A DNA stretch of 63,016 nt, the filler included. It is 6 parts of 6 records of this genome, joined end to end, with 100 filler letters (N's around TTAATTAATTAA, not from the genome) between each part and the next. Parts side by side here need not be neighbours in the genome. Positions count along the whole stretch, not along the records: positions 25,091 to 37,619 come from SRR2962707_4459; positions 37,720 to 44,544 come from SRR2962707_4466; 4 more parts are not named here. One strand, 5' to 3'. Each line of letters begins with the position of its first letter. Within the stretch, counting starts at the first letter, position 1. Shown here piece after piece: positions 28,828 to 39,602 of the stretch. The notes below the pieces were generated by a model. It did not search any database. It saw only the letters and a program-made list of their open reading frames with translations, and had not been told where the DNA came from. Both the position numbers and the translations under genes were made by a program.

Positions 28828-30495
28828 ATGACTACTTTAAAGCAATTGCTGGTATTCGGGACTCTCATGCTTTGCGCCGTGTTTTCCCCAACGGGTGCAA
28901 CGGCAAAGGATAATCTTGTCATCGGCATCACCCAGTACCCTTCGACGTTTCATCCAAATATCGACTCCATGCTGGCAAAATCCTATGTGCACGGCCTGAC
29001 CCGCCGTCCGATTACCGTCATCAATGCCGAATGGGACACTGTCTGCCTGCTCTGCGAAGAACTTCCGACACTTGAGAACGGCGGTGCAAAACTTGAGAAG
29101 ACGCCCGACGGAAAGGACGGTATTGCCGTCACTTACAAGATCATCGATGAAGCCGTCTGGGGAGACGGCACCCCGATCACCGTAGATGATGTGATCTTCA
29201 CCTGGGAAACGGGCAAGCACCCGAAAACCGGCGTGTCATCGACCGAAGGTTACCGGCGCATCCTTTCAATCGACCGGATCGACGACAAAACCTTCACCCT
29301 GCACGTCGACAGACGCACCTTCGATTACAACAATCTTTCGACGATGGGCATTCTGCCCGCCCACATCGAACGACCGAAATTCGCCAATCCCGAGGCCTAC
29401 AAGACACAGACTGCTTTCGATACCGACTCGATGAACCCGGGGTTGTTCATGGGTCCGTATGTCATGACCGAGGCCAAAACCGGATCGCACATGATTTTCG
29501 AGCGCAATCCGAAATGGTGGGGCAAGGAACCGGCATTCGATAAAATTACCGTCCGCGTCATTGAAAACACGACGACCCTGGAAGCAAACCTGCTGTCCGG
29601 CGGGATCGACATGATTTCCGGGGAACTGGGGCTGAACGTCGATCAGGCGCTGGCCTTTGAAAAACGTCATGGCCGTAAATACTCGATCCTGTTCCATCCC
29701 GGTCTGATCTATGAACATGTTGATTTGATGCTGGATAATCCTGTTCTGCAGGATATCCGCGTTCGCCAGGCACTGATGTACGCCATCGACCGCAAAGCAA
29801 TTTCGGAACGATTGTTCGGCGGCAAGCAACCGGTGGCCAACACCGGGATCAATCCGCTCGATTGGATATATGCTGACGATGTGCCCAAGTACGATCATGA
29901 CCCGGGCCGGGCGGATGCATTGCTGAACGAGGCCGGCTGGACCAGGGGCGCGAACGGCATGCGGGTCAATGCCGCGGGTGAACCGCTCCGGTTTGAAATC
30001 ATGACCACGGCCGGCAACAGAACACGCGAACTGGTTGAGCAGGTTCTGCAGAGCCAGTGGAAAGAACAGGGTATCGATATACGCATCCGGAACGAACCGG
30101 CGCGGGTGTTTTTCGGGGAAACCGTCACAAAGCGTAAATTTTCGGCCATGGCCATGTTCGCCTGGATCTCGTCTCCTGAAAGCGTGCCCCGCACGACCTT
30201 GCATTCCGAAGAGATACCGACAGAAGCCAACAGTTGGAGCGGCCAGAATTACACCGGCTTCCGCAATCCGGAAATGGATGCGTTGCTTGAACAGATCGAA
30301 CTGGAACTCGACCGTGAAAAACGCCGTGGACTTTGGCAACGCCTACAGCACATTTATGCAACGGAGCTTCCGGCACTGCCGCTCTATTTCCGTGCGAATT
30401 CCTTCATTTTGCCGAAATGGCTGAAGGGAATACGGCCAACGGGGCACCAGTTCCCAACCACGCTTTGGGTCGAAGACTGGACAGTCAATAAGTAG
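28828..30495 (+). CDS. Peptide/nickel ABC transporter substrate-binding protein (SBP family 5)
   Basis: Signal peptide; WGDGTPITVDDV, GPY, RVRQAL..AIDR. Confidence 0.92.
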   Translation: MTTLKQLLVFGTLMLCAVFSPTGATAKDNLVIGITQYPSTFHPNIDSMLAKSYVHGLTRRPITVINAEWDTVCLLCEELPTLENGGAKLEKTPDGKDGIAVTYKIIDEAVWGDGTPITVDDVIFTWETGKHPKTGVSSTEGYRRILSIDRIDDKTFTLHVDRRTFDYNNLSTMGILPAHIERPKFANPEAYKTQTAFDTDSMNPGLFMGPYVMTEAKTGSHMIFERNPKWWGKEPAFDKITVRVIENTTTLEANLLSGGIDMISGELGLNVDQALAFEKRHGRKYSILFHPGLIYEHVDLMLDNPVLQDIRVRQALMYAIDRKAISERLFGGKQPVANTGINPLDWIYADDVPKYDHDPGRADALLNEAGWTRGANGMRVNAAGEPLRFEIMTTAGNRTRELVEQVLQSQWKEQGIDIRIRNEPARVFFGETVTKRKFSAMAMFAWISSPESVPRTTLHSEEIPTEANSWSGQNYTGFRNPEMDALLEQIELELDREKRRGLWQRLQHIYATELPALPLYFRANSFILPKWLKGIRPTGHQFPTTLWVEDWTVNK

Positions 30496-30526
30496 CCCGC
30501 ACATGCGGTGGATGATAGGCTGAAGC

Positions 30527-31495
30527 ATGTCCGCGTTCCTGATCCGCCGTCTCGTTCATTCTCTGGTCGTCCTGTTCGTGATGTCGGTCGTCATCTATGG
30601 CCTGATCGGATTGATGCCCGGAGACCCGGTCGATCTGATGATCTCTGCCGATCCCGACATAACATCTGACGACGCGGCACGTCTTCGTGCCATATACGGT
30701 CTCGATCAGCCGTTATGGTCACGTTACGCAAACTGGCTCGGCGCGGCTCTAACCGGGGATTTCGGCTATTCCCGACTGTATGCCCAGCCAGTCTGGCAGG
30801 CGATCTGGCCGGCACTGACAAATACGCTCGTCCTGCTGATATCAAGCCTGGCGCTGGCCCTTGCCATTGCGTTGCCGGCAGGGATTTTTGCCGCCACCCG
30901 GCCCTACTCCCTCGCCGATTACGGCATCAACTTCGCCGCCTTTGCCGGTATATCCATGCCTCCGTTCTGGCTCGGCATTCTGCTGATCTTGGTCTTTGCC
31001 GTCATGCTGGGCTGGTTGCCGGCGGGCGGCACCGCTGCCTCGGCCGGTGTAAGCGGGCTTTGGGAACAACTTCAGTTCCTGATACTGCCCGTCGCCAGCC
31101 TCACCATTGCCGGCGTCGGCGGTCATACCCGGTATATGCGGGCATCCATGATAGAAACGCTGCGACAGGATTATATCCGAACAGCGAGAGCCAAGGGGCT
31201 GAGTGAGAGCCGGGTCGTTCTTGGACATGCCCTCAGGAACGCCATGATCCCTGTCGTGACCGTGATCGCTCTGGATCTCGGTGTTCTGTTCTCCGGTGCG
31301 TTGATAACGGAAACCGTGTTTGCCTACCCGGGCATGGGCAAACTGATTTTTGATGCCATCATGGGCAATGACTACAACCTTGCCCTGGTCGGATTATTGA
31401 TGGCGACGGCATTGACACTGATCGGAAATCTGCTGGCCGATGTCGCCTATGCAGGGCTGGATCCCCGCATCAGCTACGAGGAACTGGATCAATGA
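30527..31495 (+). CDS. Peptide ABC permease (OppB/DppB family)
   Basis: PGDP, YGLDQP, DYIRTARAKGL, HALRNA, TETVF. Confidence 0.93.
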   Translation: MSAFLIRRLVHSLVVLFVMSVVIYGLIGLMPGDPVDLMISADPDITSDDAARLRAIYGLDQPLWSRYANWLGAALTGDFGYSRLYAQPVWQAIWPALTNTLVLLISSLALALAIALPAGIFAATRPYSLADYGINFAAFAGISMPPFWLGILLILVFAVMLGWLPAGGTAASAGVSGLWEQLQFLILPVASLTIAGVGGHTRYMRASMIETLRQDYIRTARAKGLSESRVVLGHALRNAMIPVVTVIALDLGVLFSGALITETVFAYPGMGKLIFDAIMGNDYNLALVGLLMATALTLIGNLLADVAYAGLDPRISYEELDQ

Positions 31496-32430
31496 GCGCC
31501 CCGGCAATCACCATGACCGGCTCACCGGGCCGTGCCGTACTTGTCCGTTTCATGAAGCACCGGCTGGCCGTCGCCAGCGCTGTTATCCTGTGCCTGCTTG
31601 TAGTTATGTCCCTGCTGGCGCCGTTCATAGAACACTTGCTGGGTATTGATGCCGAAGCCGTCGATCTGTTTGCCCGTTACGCACCACCGTCGGTGGCGCA
31701 TCCTTTGGGTACAGATGAGCTGGGGCGCGATCTGCTGTTGCGGCTTTTATACGGCGGCCAGGTGTCGTTGTTCGTCGGGTTGACGGCAACAATCGTGGCA
31801 GCATTTATCGGCACCGCAATCGGCCTTTGTTCAGGGTATGCCGGAGGCCGCATCGATGCATTCGTCATGCGCGTCACCGACGGCGTCATTGCGCTGCCTG
31901 TCCTGCCTTTGCTGATTGTACTGGCGGCCGTTGACCTGAATAAGCTCGGCTTGCCGGATGATATCCTCGGCTCCGGCAACGTCAGCCTTTATCGTATTGT
32001 CGCAATCGTTGCACTGGTCGGCTGGACAACTGTGGCCCGCCTTGTCCGCGCCTCGACCCTGAGCCTCAAGACCCGGCCGTTCGTGCTTGCCGCCCGTGCC
32101 CAGGGCGCAGGCGCATTCAGGATCATGCTCAGGCACATCCTGCCGAACCTGGCTTCACCGATCATTGTCGCCACGACCCTTTCTGTTGGAAATGTGATCT
32201 TGCTGGAATCCGTACTGAGTTTTCTGGGCCTCGGCATTCAACCGCCCCTGCCGAGTTGGGGTAATCTGCTGACCGGCGCCCAGGAAACCATCTGGGAAGC
32301 CCCCGGCCTCGCCTTTTATCCGGGACTGCTGATTTTTATCACCGTGATCGCCTTCAATTTCATTGGCGATGGCCTGCAGGATGCCCTTGACCCACGCAGT
32401 CGAGACAGCAGAACGGCGGCCCGGACTTAA
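31492..32430 (+). CDS. Peptide ABC permease (OppC/DppC family)
   Basis: HPLGTDELGRD, ARLVR, RHILPN, LSFLGLG, GDGLQDALDP. Confidence 0.93.
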   Translation: MSAPAITMTGSPGRAVLVRFMKHRLAVASAVILCLLVVMSLLAPFIEHLLGIDAEAVDLFARYAPPSVAHPLGTDELGRDLLLRLLYGGQVSLFVGLTATIVAAFIGTAIGLCSGYAGGRIDAFVMRVTDGVIALPVLPLLIVLAAVDLNKLGLPDDILGSGNVSLYRIVAIVALVGWTTVARLVRASTLSLKTRPFVLAARAQGAGAFRIMLRHILPNLASPIIVATTLSVGNVILLESVLSFLGLGIQPPLPSWGNLLTGAQETIWEAPGLAFYPGLLIFITVIAFNFIGDGLQDALDPRSRDSRTAART

Positions 32431-32447
32431 CCGGACCGCCGTTCTTT
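32410..32447. terminator. Stem-loop at the end of the ABC operon, convergent with the USP gene
   Basis: AGAACGGCGG...CCGCCGTTCT inverted repeat followed by TT. Confidence 0.55.
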
Positions 32448-32470
32448 GAGGACAACCTGGAACTTTAAAC

Positions 32471-33310
32471 CTAGTGCGACATCAGCACCGCGATAGAGGA
32501 TTGCTCCATAAGCGTGTCGGTCACGCCGCCCAGAAGCAATTCACCCAGACGGGAATGACCGTAGCCCCCCGTAACGATCAGGTCAGCACCATAATCGGCG
32601 GCTTCATTCAGCAGCGTGGCCCCGACATCGCCGGCAACGGCACTGCGATGGTCCGCCTCCGCCTTAACACCGTGTGTTGCGAGGAAAGCGGCTAGATCGG
32701 CCCCCGGCAGATCACCAAGGCCATACTTGCCCGGTTTCGGATCAACGCACAGCACCTTGACCGCCGAGGCCGTTTCCAGGATCGGCAGAGCATCGCGAAT
32801 GGCACGTGCAGCATGCGGTCCGCCATCCCAGCCGACGAGAACCTTGGAACCGATATCTTTCTTCGGCGAATTCTGCGGGACGATTATGACCGGCGCACCG
32901 GAACCCAAAACGATCCGGTCTGCCACTTCACGGGCATGAGCGACGGCACTGTCATCAACCGGCTGTGCAATCATGACCATATCGGCATACCGGGCATGCA
33001 TGCAGACCACTTCGTCGACAGGATCGCGCCAGTCACCTTCACGGTAATCGTGGGAAATGCCGTTCGCATTGCAGACCTTTTCAAACATCTCAGCCGTTGC
33101 TTTGGCGCTTTCTTCGACATGGGTCTGATGCGACGCGATAACATCCGCCGGCAACTGGGCGATGACATACGTCGGCATGTCATACGGCACACCGGCATAT
33201 AATCCAATCAAACGGGCCTGGTGTTTTTCCGCAAGACCAACAGCTGCATCTACGACAGATTTGCCGCCTTCCGTTCCGCTCAAATGAACGAGAATATCTT
33301 TGACTGACAT
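32471..33310 (-). CDS. Universal stress protein (tandem USP domains)
   Basis: ILVHL, ARYADM, VLVGWDG, ADLIVTGGYGHSRL, LGGVT. Confidence 0.92.
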   Translation of the reverse strand: MSVKDILVHLSGTEGGKSVVDAAVGLAEKHQARLIGLYAGVPYDMPTYVIAQLPADVIASHQTHVEESAKATAEMFEKVCNANGISHDYREGDWRDPVDEVVCMHARYADMVMIAQPVDDSAVAHAREVADRIVLGSGAPVIIVPQNSPKKDIGSKVLVGWDGGPHAARAIRDALPILETASAVKVLCVDPKPGKYGLGDLPGADLAAFLATHGVKAEADHRSAVAGDVGATLLNEAADYGADLIVTGGYGHSRLGELLLGGVTDTLMEQSSIAVLMSH

Positions 33311-33376
33311 GGCGCTGTTCCTTTCCCGGTTATCTTATTGGCAGTATCATTGAAGTTGAATACATCCTTTTCAACC

Positions 33377-33390
33377 TTGATGTAGATCAA
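33377..33390. promoter_or_regulatory. FNR/FixK-type binding site
   Basis: TTGAT-GTAG-ATCAA is a perfect TTGAT-N4-ATCAA palindrome, 66 nt upstream of the USP start. Confidence 0.85.
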
Positions 33391-33495
33391 TTTCTGATTT
33401 TTCTTACTTGCAGGTTCAGACAAGAAGGATCATGGGTAGAGGAGCGCCTGGTATGTCACCGGGTATCTTAAGACCATCCCTCCGGAGGAGTAATA

Positions 33496-34884
33496 ATGAC
33501 CGCCATCGGCAATTCCGCTCAGGCACGAGACATCGCCTATCACGTTCACGGCTACACCAACCTCAAAGCACACGAAGAAAAAGGACCACTGGTGATCGAC
33601 CGTGGCGCCGGCATCCGTGTTTTTGATGACAGCGGAAAAAGCTATATCGAAGGCCTTTCCGGACTCTGGTGCGTCAGCCTTGGATTTGGCGAACAGCGCC
33701 TGATCGATGCCGCAACGGAAGCGATGGGCAAACTGGCCTACTATCACGGCTTCAACCACCGTGTGGCCGATGTGGTTGTCGATCTGGCTGAAAAGCTTGT
33801 GTCGATTGCACCGGGCCGCCTGTCCAAGGTGCTGTTTGCGAACTCCGGTTCCGAAGCTACGGACCTGGCCGTCAAACTGATCTGGTATTACCACAATGCC
33901 ATCGGCAAACCGGAAAAGAAGAAAATCATTTCCCGTGTGCGTGGCTATCACGGCGTCACGGTAGCGTCGGCAAGCCTCACCGGTCTGCCGCACCTGCATG
34001 GTGATTTCGATCTGCCGATTGACCGCATCCTGCACACCACCTGCCCGCACTATTACCGGGAAGGGAAAGATGGTGAGAGCGAAGAACAGTTCGCCACCCG
34101 TTGCGCAGAAGATCTTGAAAAACTGATCCTTGACGAAGGACCGGATACCGTCGCCGCTATGTTCTGCGAACCGGTCATGGGGGCCGGCGGTGTGATCATC
34201 CCGCCCAAAACCTATTACGAGAAAATCCAGAAGGTCCTGAAGAAATATGACGTCCTGCTGGTTGCCGACGAAGTCATCAACGGCTTTGGACGGACCGGCA
34301 ACATGTGGGGAACGGAAACATTTGATCTCGACCCCGATTTCCTGTCCTGCGCAAAGCAGTTGTCATCCGCTTACCTGCCGATTTCGGCGTTGATGATTTC
34401 CGACAAGGTCTACCAGGCCATGGTCGGTCAAAGCGAGAAGCTCGGTATCTTCGGTCATGGGTCGACGTACGGCGGGCATCCGGTTGCCGCTGCCGTGGCA
34501 TTGGAAACCCTGAAAATCTACGAAGAGCGCGATATTGTCGGGCATGTACGGAACGTCATGGGTCATTTCGGAGACCGCATGGCAAAGCTGGGTGAACACC
34601 CACTGGTCGGGAATGCCCGGTCGTGTGGCCTGATGGGCGCACTTGAGCTGATGAAGGACAAAGCCGAAAAGACCCCCTTCGAAGCTGCCGACAAGGTCGG
34701 GGCAATGGTCGAGAATCGTTGTCTGGAAAACGGCCTGATCGTCCGAGCCATCGGCGACAACCTTGCCTTCTGTCCGCCACTCGTCACAACGGACGAAGAA
34801 ATCGATGAAATATTCGATATTGCCGAAAAATCGCTGAATGAAGCGGAAAATCTGGTCACGGAACAGGGTCTCCGCGACGCCTGA
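33496..34884 (+). CDS. Class III (omega) aminotransferase, PLP-dependent
   Basis: GLWC, NSGSEA, GYHG, EPVMGAGG, DEVINGFGRTG, AKQLSS, HGSTYGGHP; RBS GGAGGAG. Confidence 0.95.
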   Translation: MTAIGNSAQARDIAYHVHGYTNLKAHEEKGPLVIDRGAGIRVFDDSGKSYIEGLSGLWCVSLGFGEQRLIDAATEAMGKLAYYHGFNHRVADVVVDLAEKLVSIAPGRLSKVLFANSGSEATDLAVKLIWYYHNAIGKPEKKKIISRVRGYHGVTVASASLTGLPHLHGDFDLPIDRILHTTCPHYYREGKDGESEEQFATRCAEDLEKLILDEGPDTVAAMFCEPVMGAGGVIIPPKTYYEKIQKVLKKYDVLLVADEVINGFGRTGNMWGTETFDLDPDFLSCAKQLSSAYLPISALMISDKVYQAMVGQSEKLGIFGHGSTYGGHPVAAAVALETLKIYEERDIVGHVRNVMGHFGDRMAKLGEHPLVGNARSCGLMGALELMKDKAEKTPFEAADKVGAMVENRCLENGLIVRAIGDNLAFCPPLVTTDEEIDEIFDIAEKSLNEAENLVTEQGLRDA

Positions 34885-34961
34885 GTTATCCGGCGTACTG
34901 AACCACTCATGGACTTCTGACGTATTGAGGACTATATATCAGTACATGGACGGAGTGAATT

Positions 34962-35495
34962 ATGTACGCCGATAACACCCTGACCCCGAAAGAAGCGACC
35001 CGCCTTTGCGCACTCGGCATGCTTGCCGATGGGCCGATGGCTTATGCTGAGCTTGCGGCAGGTGTGCGCCACTTCGTGACTCACGTCATGGGGCCGTCCC
35101 TGGACGTGCTCGGGACCTCAATTGAGCTTCTGAAGCATGAAGGCCTGGTCACGCCGATTACCGGCGAGAAAGATCAGGCTGTTCTCGAAATTACCAAGGA
35201 CGGCGTGGCAGAGCTGAAAATGCTCCTGAAGGCCCGCATCAAGTCAGCCGAAAACGACCTCAACAAACTGGTAATCGCCCTCAAATTCCGCTTCATGGAT
35301 TTGCTGGATGCTGATGAGCGTCTCTTGCAACTCGATCTGCTCTCTGACTCGTTCGAGAACGAGTTGGCACGGCTTGAGGATTTGCGCGCCCATCATTCCG
35401 ATGACTCAGTTCATCTGGTCGAATGGCTGGACCGGGAAATCGAAGACCTTGAGCGCCGGCTCGAATGGCTCAAAGCCAAACGCAACCGGGTCTAG
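34962..35495 (+). CDS. Hypothetical PadR-like winged-helix protein with C-terminal coiled coil
   Basis: LGMLADGPMAYAEL...L..EGLV...ITKDG..EL pattern; C-terminal helices ending LEWL; RBS GGAG. Confidence 0.6.
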   Translation: MYADNTLTPKEATRLCALGMLADGPMAYAELAAGVRHFVTHVMGPSLDVLGTSIELLKHEGLVTPITGEKDQAVLEITKDGVAELKMLLKARIKSAENDLNKLVIALKFRFMDLLDADERLLQLDLLSDSFENELARLEDLRAHHSDDSVHLVEWLDREIEDLERRLEWLKAKRNRV

Positions 35496-35496
35496 T

Positions 35497-36342
35497 TTAC
35501 GCCGCCATTATATCCGCATCCGTACAGCCGATGATCATGCGTAACTTGCGCATCGGTTCCTTATACCCCGCAACGGCACAGTGCATTGATGCTCGGTTAT
35601 CCAGGACGACAAGCTGACGCTTAGCCCATTTATGGGTATAGCGAAATTCGGGCCTGAGCTGGTACTCGAACAGTTCTTCCAGCAGCGCATCGCTTTCATC
35701 AGGGTCCATGCCCTTGATACACATAGTGAAACCCGGATTGACGAAAAGGATTTTTCTGCCGGTCCTCGGGTGTGGCCGCACCACCTGATGCTCGACATCG
35801 GGGGTTCTTCTGCGCTGCTCTTCGGTGAGGCTGGTGATTGCCGCCCCGCCGCGATAACCGTAACGATGGATCGCTGTCAGACCGTCTATCCGCTTTTTCA
35901 TGCTGTCGGGCAACGCATCATATGCCAGTTGGGTATTGGCAACCATCGTATCGCCGCCATCGCTCGGAACATGAGACGCATACAGAAATATGCCGTCTGA
36001 TGGTGTCGACGTATAGGACAGATCGGAATGCCAATAAGCACCGGCCGGTTTTTTGGTGGTGCGGCTCTCCTCGTTATCCATATTGGCGGTAATGATCGAC
36101 ATCTCTGACGAGACCGGATGATGATACTGGTCGAGGATATGCGGCTGAAGCGGGCCGAAGCCCCGCCCCAGTGACAGCAGCCATTCCGGGTCTTCGTCCA
36201 GATCATTGATGACGATCGCCGTGTGCTCGGCAAGCAGGTCCTTCAGGCGCTCAATGTCATTCGCGCTCAAAGGCCGGTCCGTGGAAACTCCGGTAACAAC
36301 GGCACCAAATGCTTCGTCCTTTAACGGAATTGCCTCGATCAT
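35497..36342 (-). CDS. TauD/TfdA family Fe(II)/2-oxoglutarate dioxygenase
   Basis: WHSD, GGDT..AN..AYDAL, HPRTG, DNRASMH, R. Confidence 0.92.
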   Translation of the reverse strand: MIEAIPLKDEAFGAVVTGVSTDRPLSANDIERLKDLLAEHTAIVINDLDEDPEWLLSLGRGFGPLQPHILDQYHHPVSSEMSIITANMDNEESRTTKKPAGAYWHSDLSYTSTPSDGIFLYASHVPSDGGDTMVANTQLAYDALPDSMKKRIDGLTAIHRYGYRGGAAITSLTEEQRRRTPDVEHQVVRPHPRTGRKILFVNPGFTMCIKGMDPDESDALLEELFEYQLRPEFRYTHKWAKRQLVVLDNRASMHCAVAGYKEPMRKLRMIIGCTDADIMAA

Positions 36343-36346
36343 GGTT

Positions 36347-37619
36347 CTACTCCGCCGCTTGTTTCAGCCGTTCAATCTGCGAGATATCACGCACCGCACC
36401 CCGTGACGCTGACGTTGCCAGCAGGCCATAAGCCTTCAATGCCTGGGTCACGACCCGGTTACGTTTCGGCTTCCAGGCTTCCGGACCTTTGGCATTCATG
36501 GCATCACGGCGGCGTTGCATTTCAGCGTCATCAACCAGAACATTGACCTTCCGTGACGGGATATCGAATTCCACGATATCGCCTTCTTCGATCAGGCCGA
36601 TAGCGCCGCCCTCGGCGGCTTCCGGACTGACGTGACCGACGGAAAGGCCCGAGGAACCACCGGAGAACCGGCCGTCCGTGATCAGGGCACAGTCCTTACC
36701 AAGCCCCATGGATTTGATGTAGCTGGTCGGGTACAGCATTTCCTGCATGCCCGGCCCACCCTTCGGCCCTTCATAGACGACGACAACCACATCGCCCTTT
36801 TCGATCTCGCCACCAAGAATCTTGGCAACCGCCTCATCCTGGCTGTGACAGATTTTCGCCGGCCCCTTGAAGGTCAGACATTCCTTGGGAACACCTGCCG
36901 ACTTCACGACACACCCCTCGGCGGCGATGTTGCCGTAAAGTATCCCAAGCCCGCCGTCTTTCGAGTATGCGTGCTCGATATCCCGGATACAGCCGTTCTC
37001 GCGATCGGTGTCGAGCGAGTTATATCGCTTCGACTGGCTGAAGGCTTCAACCGTACGCACATTCCCCGGGGCGGCGAGGTAGAACTTGCGGATCTCGTCG
37101 TCCGGGTTGCGCATGATGTCGAACTTTTCGATGGCTTCTCCGATCGTCGGCATGTGCACGGTGGCGCTGTCACGATGTAGAAGCCCTGCACGGTCAAGCT
37201 CGCCCATGATGCCGAGGATGCCACCGGCGCGGTGGAAATCTTCCATGTGATAAAGGTTCGTCGATGGTGACAGCTTCGACAGGTGTGGCACCTTGCGCGA
37301 CAGTCCATCGATATCGTGGATACCGAAATCGACTTCGCCTTCCTGGGCCATGGCCATCAGATGCAGGATCGTATTGGTCGACCCGCCCATGGCGATGTCG
37401 ACTGTCATCGCGTTTTCAAAACCATGACGATTGGCGATGTTGCGCGGCAGAACGCGATCGTCATCCTGTTCGTAATAACGCTTGGTGATGTCAACAATGG
37501 TACGGCCCGCTTGCAGGAACAGTTCCTTCCGGTCCGAATGTGTTGCCAGAACACTACCATTCCCCGGCAGCGCAAGGCCGATCGCCTCGGCCAGACAGTT
37601 CATCGAGTTGGCCGTGAAC
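36347..37619 (-). CDS. ilvD: Dihydroxy-acid dehydratase (5' truncated)
   Basis: [46 protein letters not shown]. Confidence 0.97.
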
Positions 37620-37719
37620 NNNNNNNNNNNNNNNNNNNNNNNNNNNNNNNNNNNNNNNNNNNNTTAATTAATTAANNNNNNNNNNNNNNNNNNNNNNNNN
37701 NNNNNNNNNNNNNNNNNNN
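37620..37719. other. Artificial contig spacer
   Basis: 44 N + TTAATTAATTAA + 44 N. Confidence 0.99.
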
Positions 37720-37724
37720 ACAAC

Positions 37725-39516
37725 ATGAAGACGTTCGCAACTGCTTTCCTCGCATCGACTGCGCCCGCTGCCCTTGCGGTCGACGGTCTTGCGAACCCGA
37801 CCGTGACGCTCAACAACGGAGTTGAGTTGCCGCTCCTCGCTCTCGGCGTTTGGCAGTACGACAACGCCACAGCAGTTGACGCCATCAACAAGGGTCTGGA
37901 GGTTGGCTTCACGCACATCGACACTGCGTGCGTATTTCCCTTATTATTACTGCTGCTGCTGCTGTTTACTTAGGAAGATGCTGGCGTTGCACCTCGTCCT
38001 TCACTTGTGCCCAACCGGCCCCTGGGGTTTGTTTCGTACACACACTACAGGTACAACTACTACAACCAACAGGGCGTTGGGCAAGCGCTCAAGGGAAAGG
38101 ACCGTAATTCTTTCTTCCTGACCACCAAGACCCCGCCTTGCAAGCGAGGATCCGACGTCGATGCGTGCTACAACCAGGTTGGTTGCACCCGTGTGGCCTC
38201 GTGGGGCTTTTGGTTGTTGTCCCGTTGTCGTAGATGTTTGCCGGAACGTAATTGTTGTTGATTTTGCCAACGCACTTGTGTGCTTCGCAACACCGTTGGC
38301 AAATGTCAGACGGCTGCCCAGTTGGAGTACGACTTGCAAGCTCTGCAAATGGATCACGTGGACCTTGTCCTTATCCACGGAAGCAGCGGGGACATGACCT
38401 CCACCTGTGACCAGGCCGCTTGTGACCTGGACTACGCTCAGTGGCGCGCGTACGTGACGACGGCGCAGTTTCTGTTTCAAGTGCTTTGCAATGCCAAAAG
38501 TTGCTCCGCATTGCAGTGTTGGTGTTCCCTTGACCACTTTTTTCTGCCTCCGCTTCAGCTACGAAGATTTTTACGCCGCAGGCAAGGCGCGGGCGATTGG
38601 TGTATCGAACTACTGCGTGTCCTGCCTGGACTGTCTTTTCGACAAAGATTTGAAAGTGAAACCCACCATCAACCAAGTCCAGTTGCACGTTGGCATGGGT
38701 GTTGACGCGAACACACAGGTTGGGACTTGCCACTTTGTAAAAAACACTTGTGTGCAAGGAGACGGATTCCTTCATTTGGAATTGGTGCTAACAGCAACCA
38801 TGCCGACTTTACTTGTTGGTCGGTGTGCGAAATAATTTGTATTCTCTACAGAATCTGCTGAAGGAGTGCGCTTCGCGCGACATCGTCGTGCAGGCTTACA
38901 GCCCACTTGGCAACGGAAAGCTCATCAGTGATCCTGACCTCGTCAAGATTGCCACGCACTACAACAAGACCTCGGCCCAGGTTTGCGAATCCGCGCCCTG
39001 TGCACAGCCTAGCCAAGTGTGCAGACACGACACAATGACGTTGCTTTGATGCAACGTGCCATTTTTACAATTTCTCTTAGGTGGCCCTCAAGTGGATTGT
39101 GAGCCAAGGGCTTCCGTTGGCAACAAAGGCCGACTCTGTGGAGTACCTCCAAGAGGTATTTTGTGTGCAACGCGTGCTATTCTTCCATCAATTTGTCGGC
39201 TTTTGCGTAAAATCCACAACAGTTGCCCTTTGTTGTTTAACACCGCCACGCGGTGGTGTGCGATTGTGACTAACCCCGACATCTTATGAAACTTGTGTGT
39301 CGGCGTGTATTTGAAAGGACTTCGATCTCTTTTCCTGGAATTTCACCGAGACAGACATGGCTGCGCTCTCGGCCAAGGTACGTTCGATGTGGTGGTCCTT
39401 GTCGAATGCTATCTCACTGTGCCTGCTCAGCGCAGTCGAATGTAAATAGTGTTGTTTGCGTGGCGTGTTTCAAGGACGGACCGGTGGACCGTCCTAGTTG
39501 GAGTTGCACAGCTTGA
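37725..39516 (+). CDS. Eukaryotic aldo-keto reductase, 8 exons, ~311 aa, with signal peptide
   Basis: Exons 37725-37927, 38051-38177, 38310-38449, 38559-38718, 38852-38980, 39081-39155, 39318-39377, 39475-39516 splice GT-AG in frame (936 nt). Tetrad IDTA-Y..Y, TTK, LIH; IGVSN, NQVQ, AYSPLG. Confidence 0.85.
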
Positions 39517-39602
39517 ACCACAGTGTTGGGAGCCCAAGCGTGGATTTGGCTGTCGAGTTGCAAAAGTGTCGAGTAGAAAGCCTGCTGGCAATGCCATTAA
39601 GT

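Noticed and set aside
29266-30339. Long antisense ORFs (also 49275-50240, 48505-49341, 5367-6170, 15405-16205, 13364-14020)
   Set aside because: These are shadow frames of GC-rich genes with no recognisable motifs.
24105-37619. ilvE and ilvD (and liv genes) as one BCAA cluster
   Set aside because: They lie on different contigs from different taxa.
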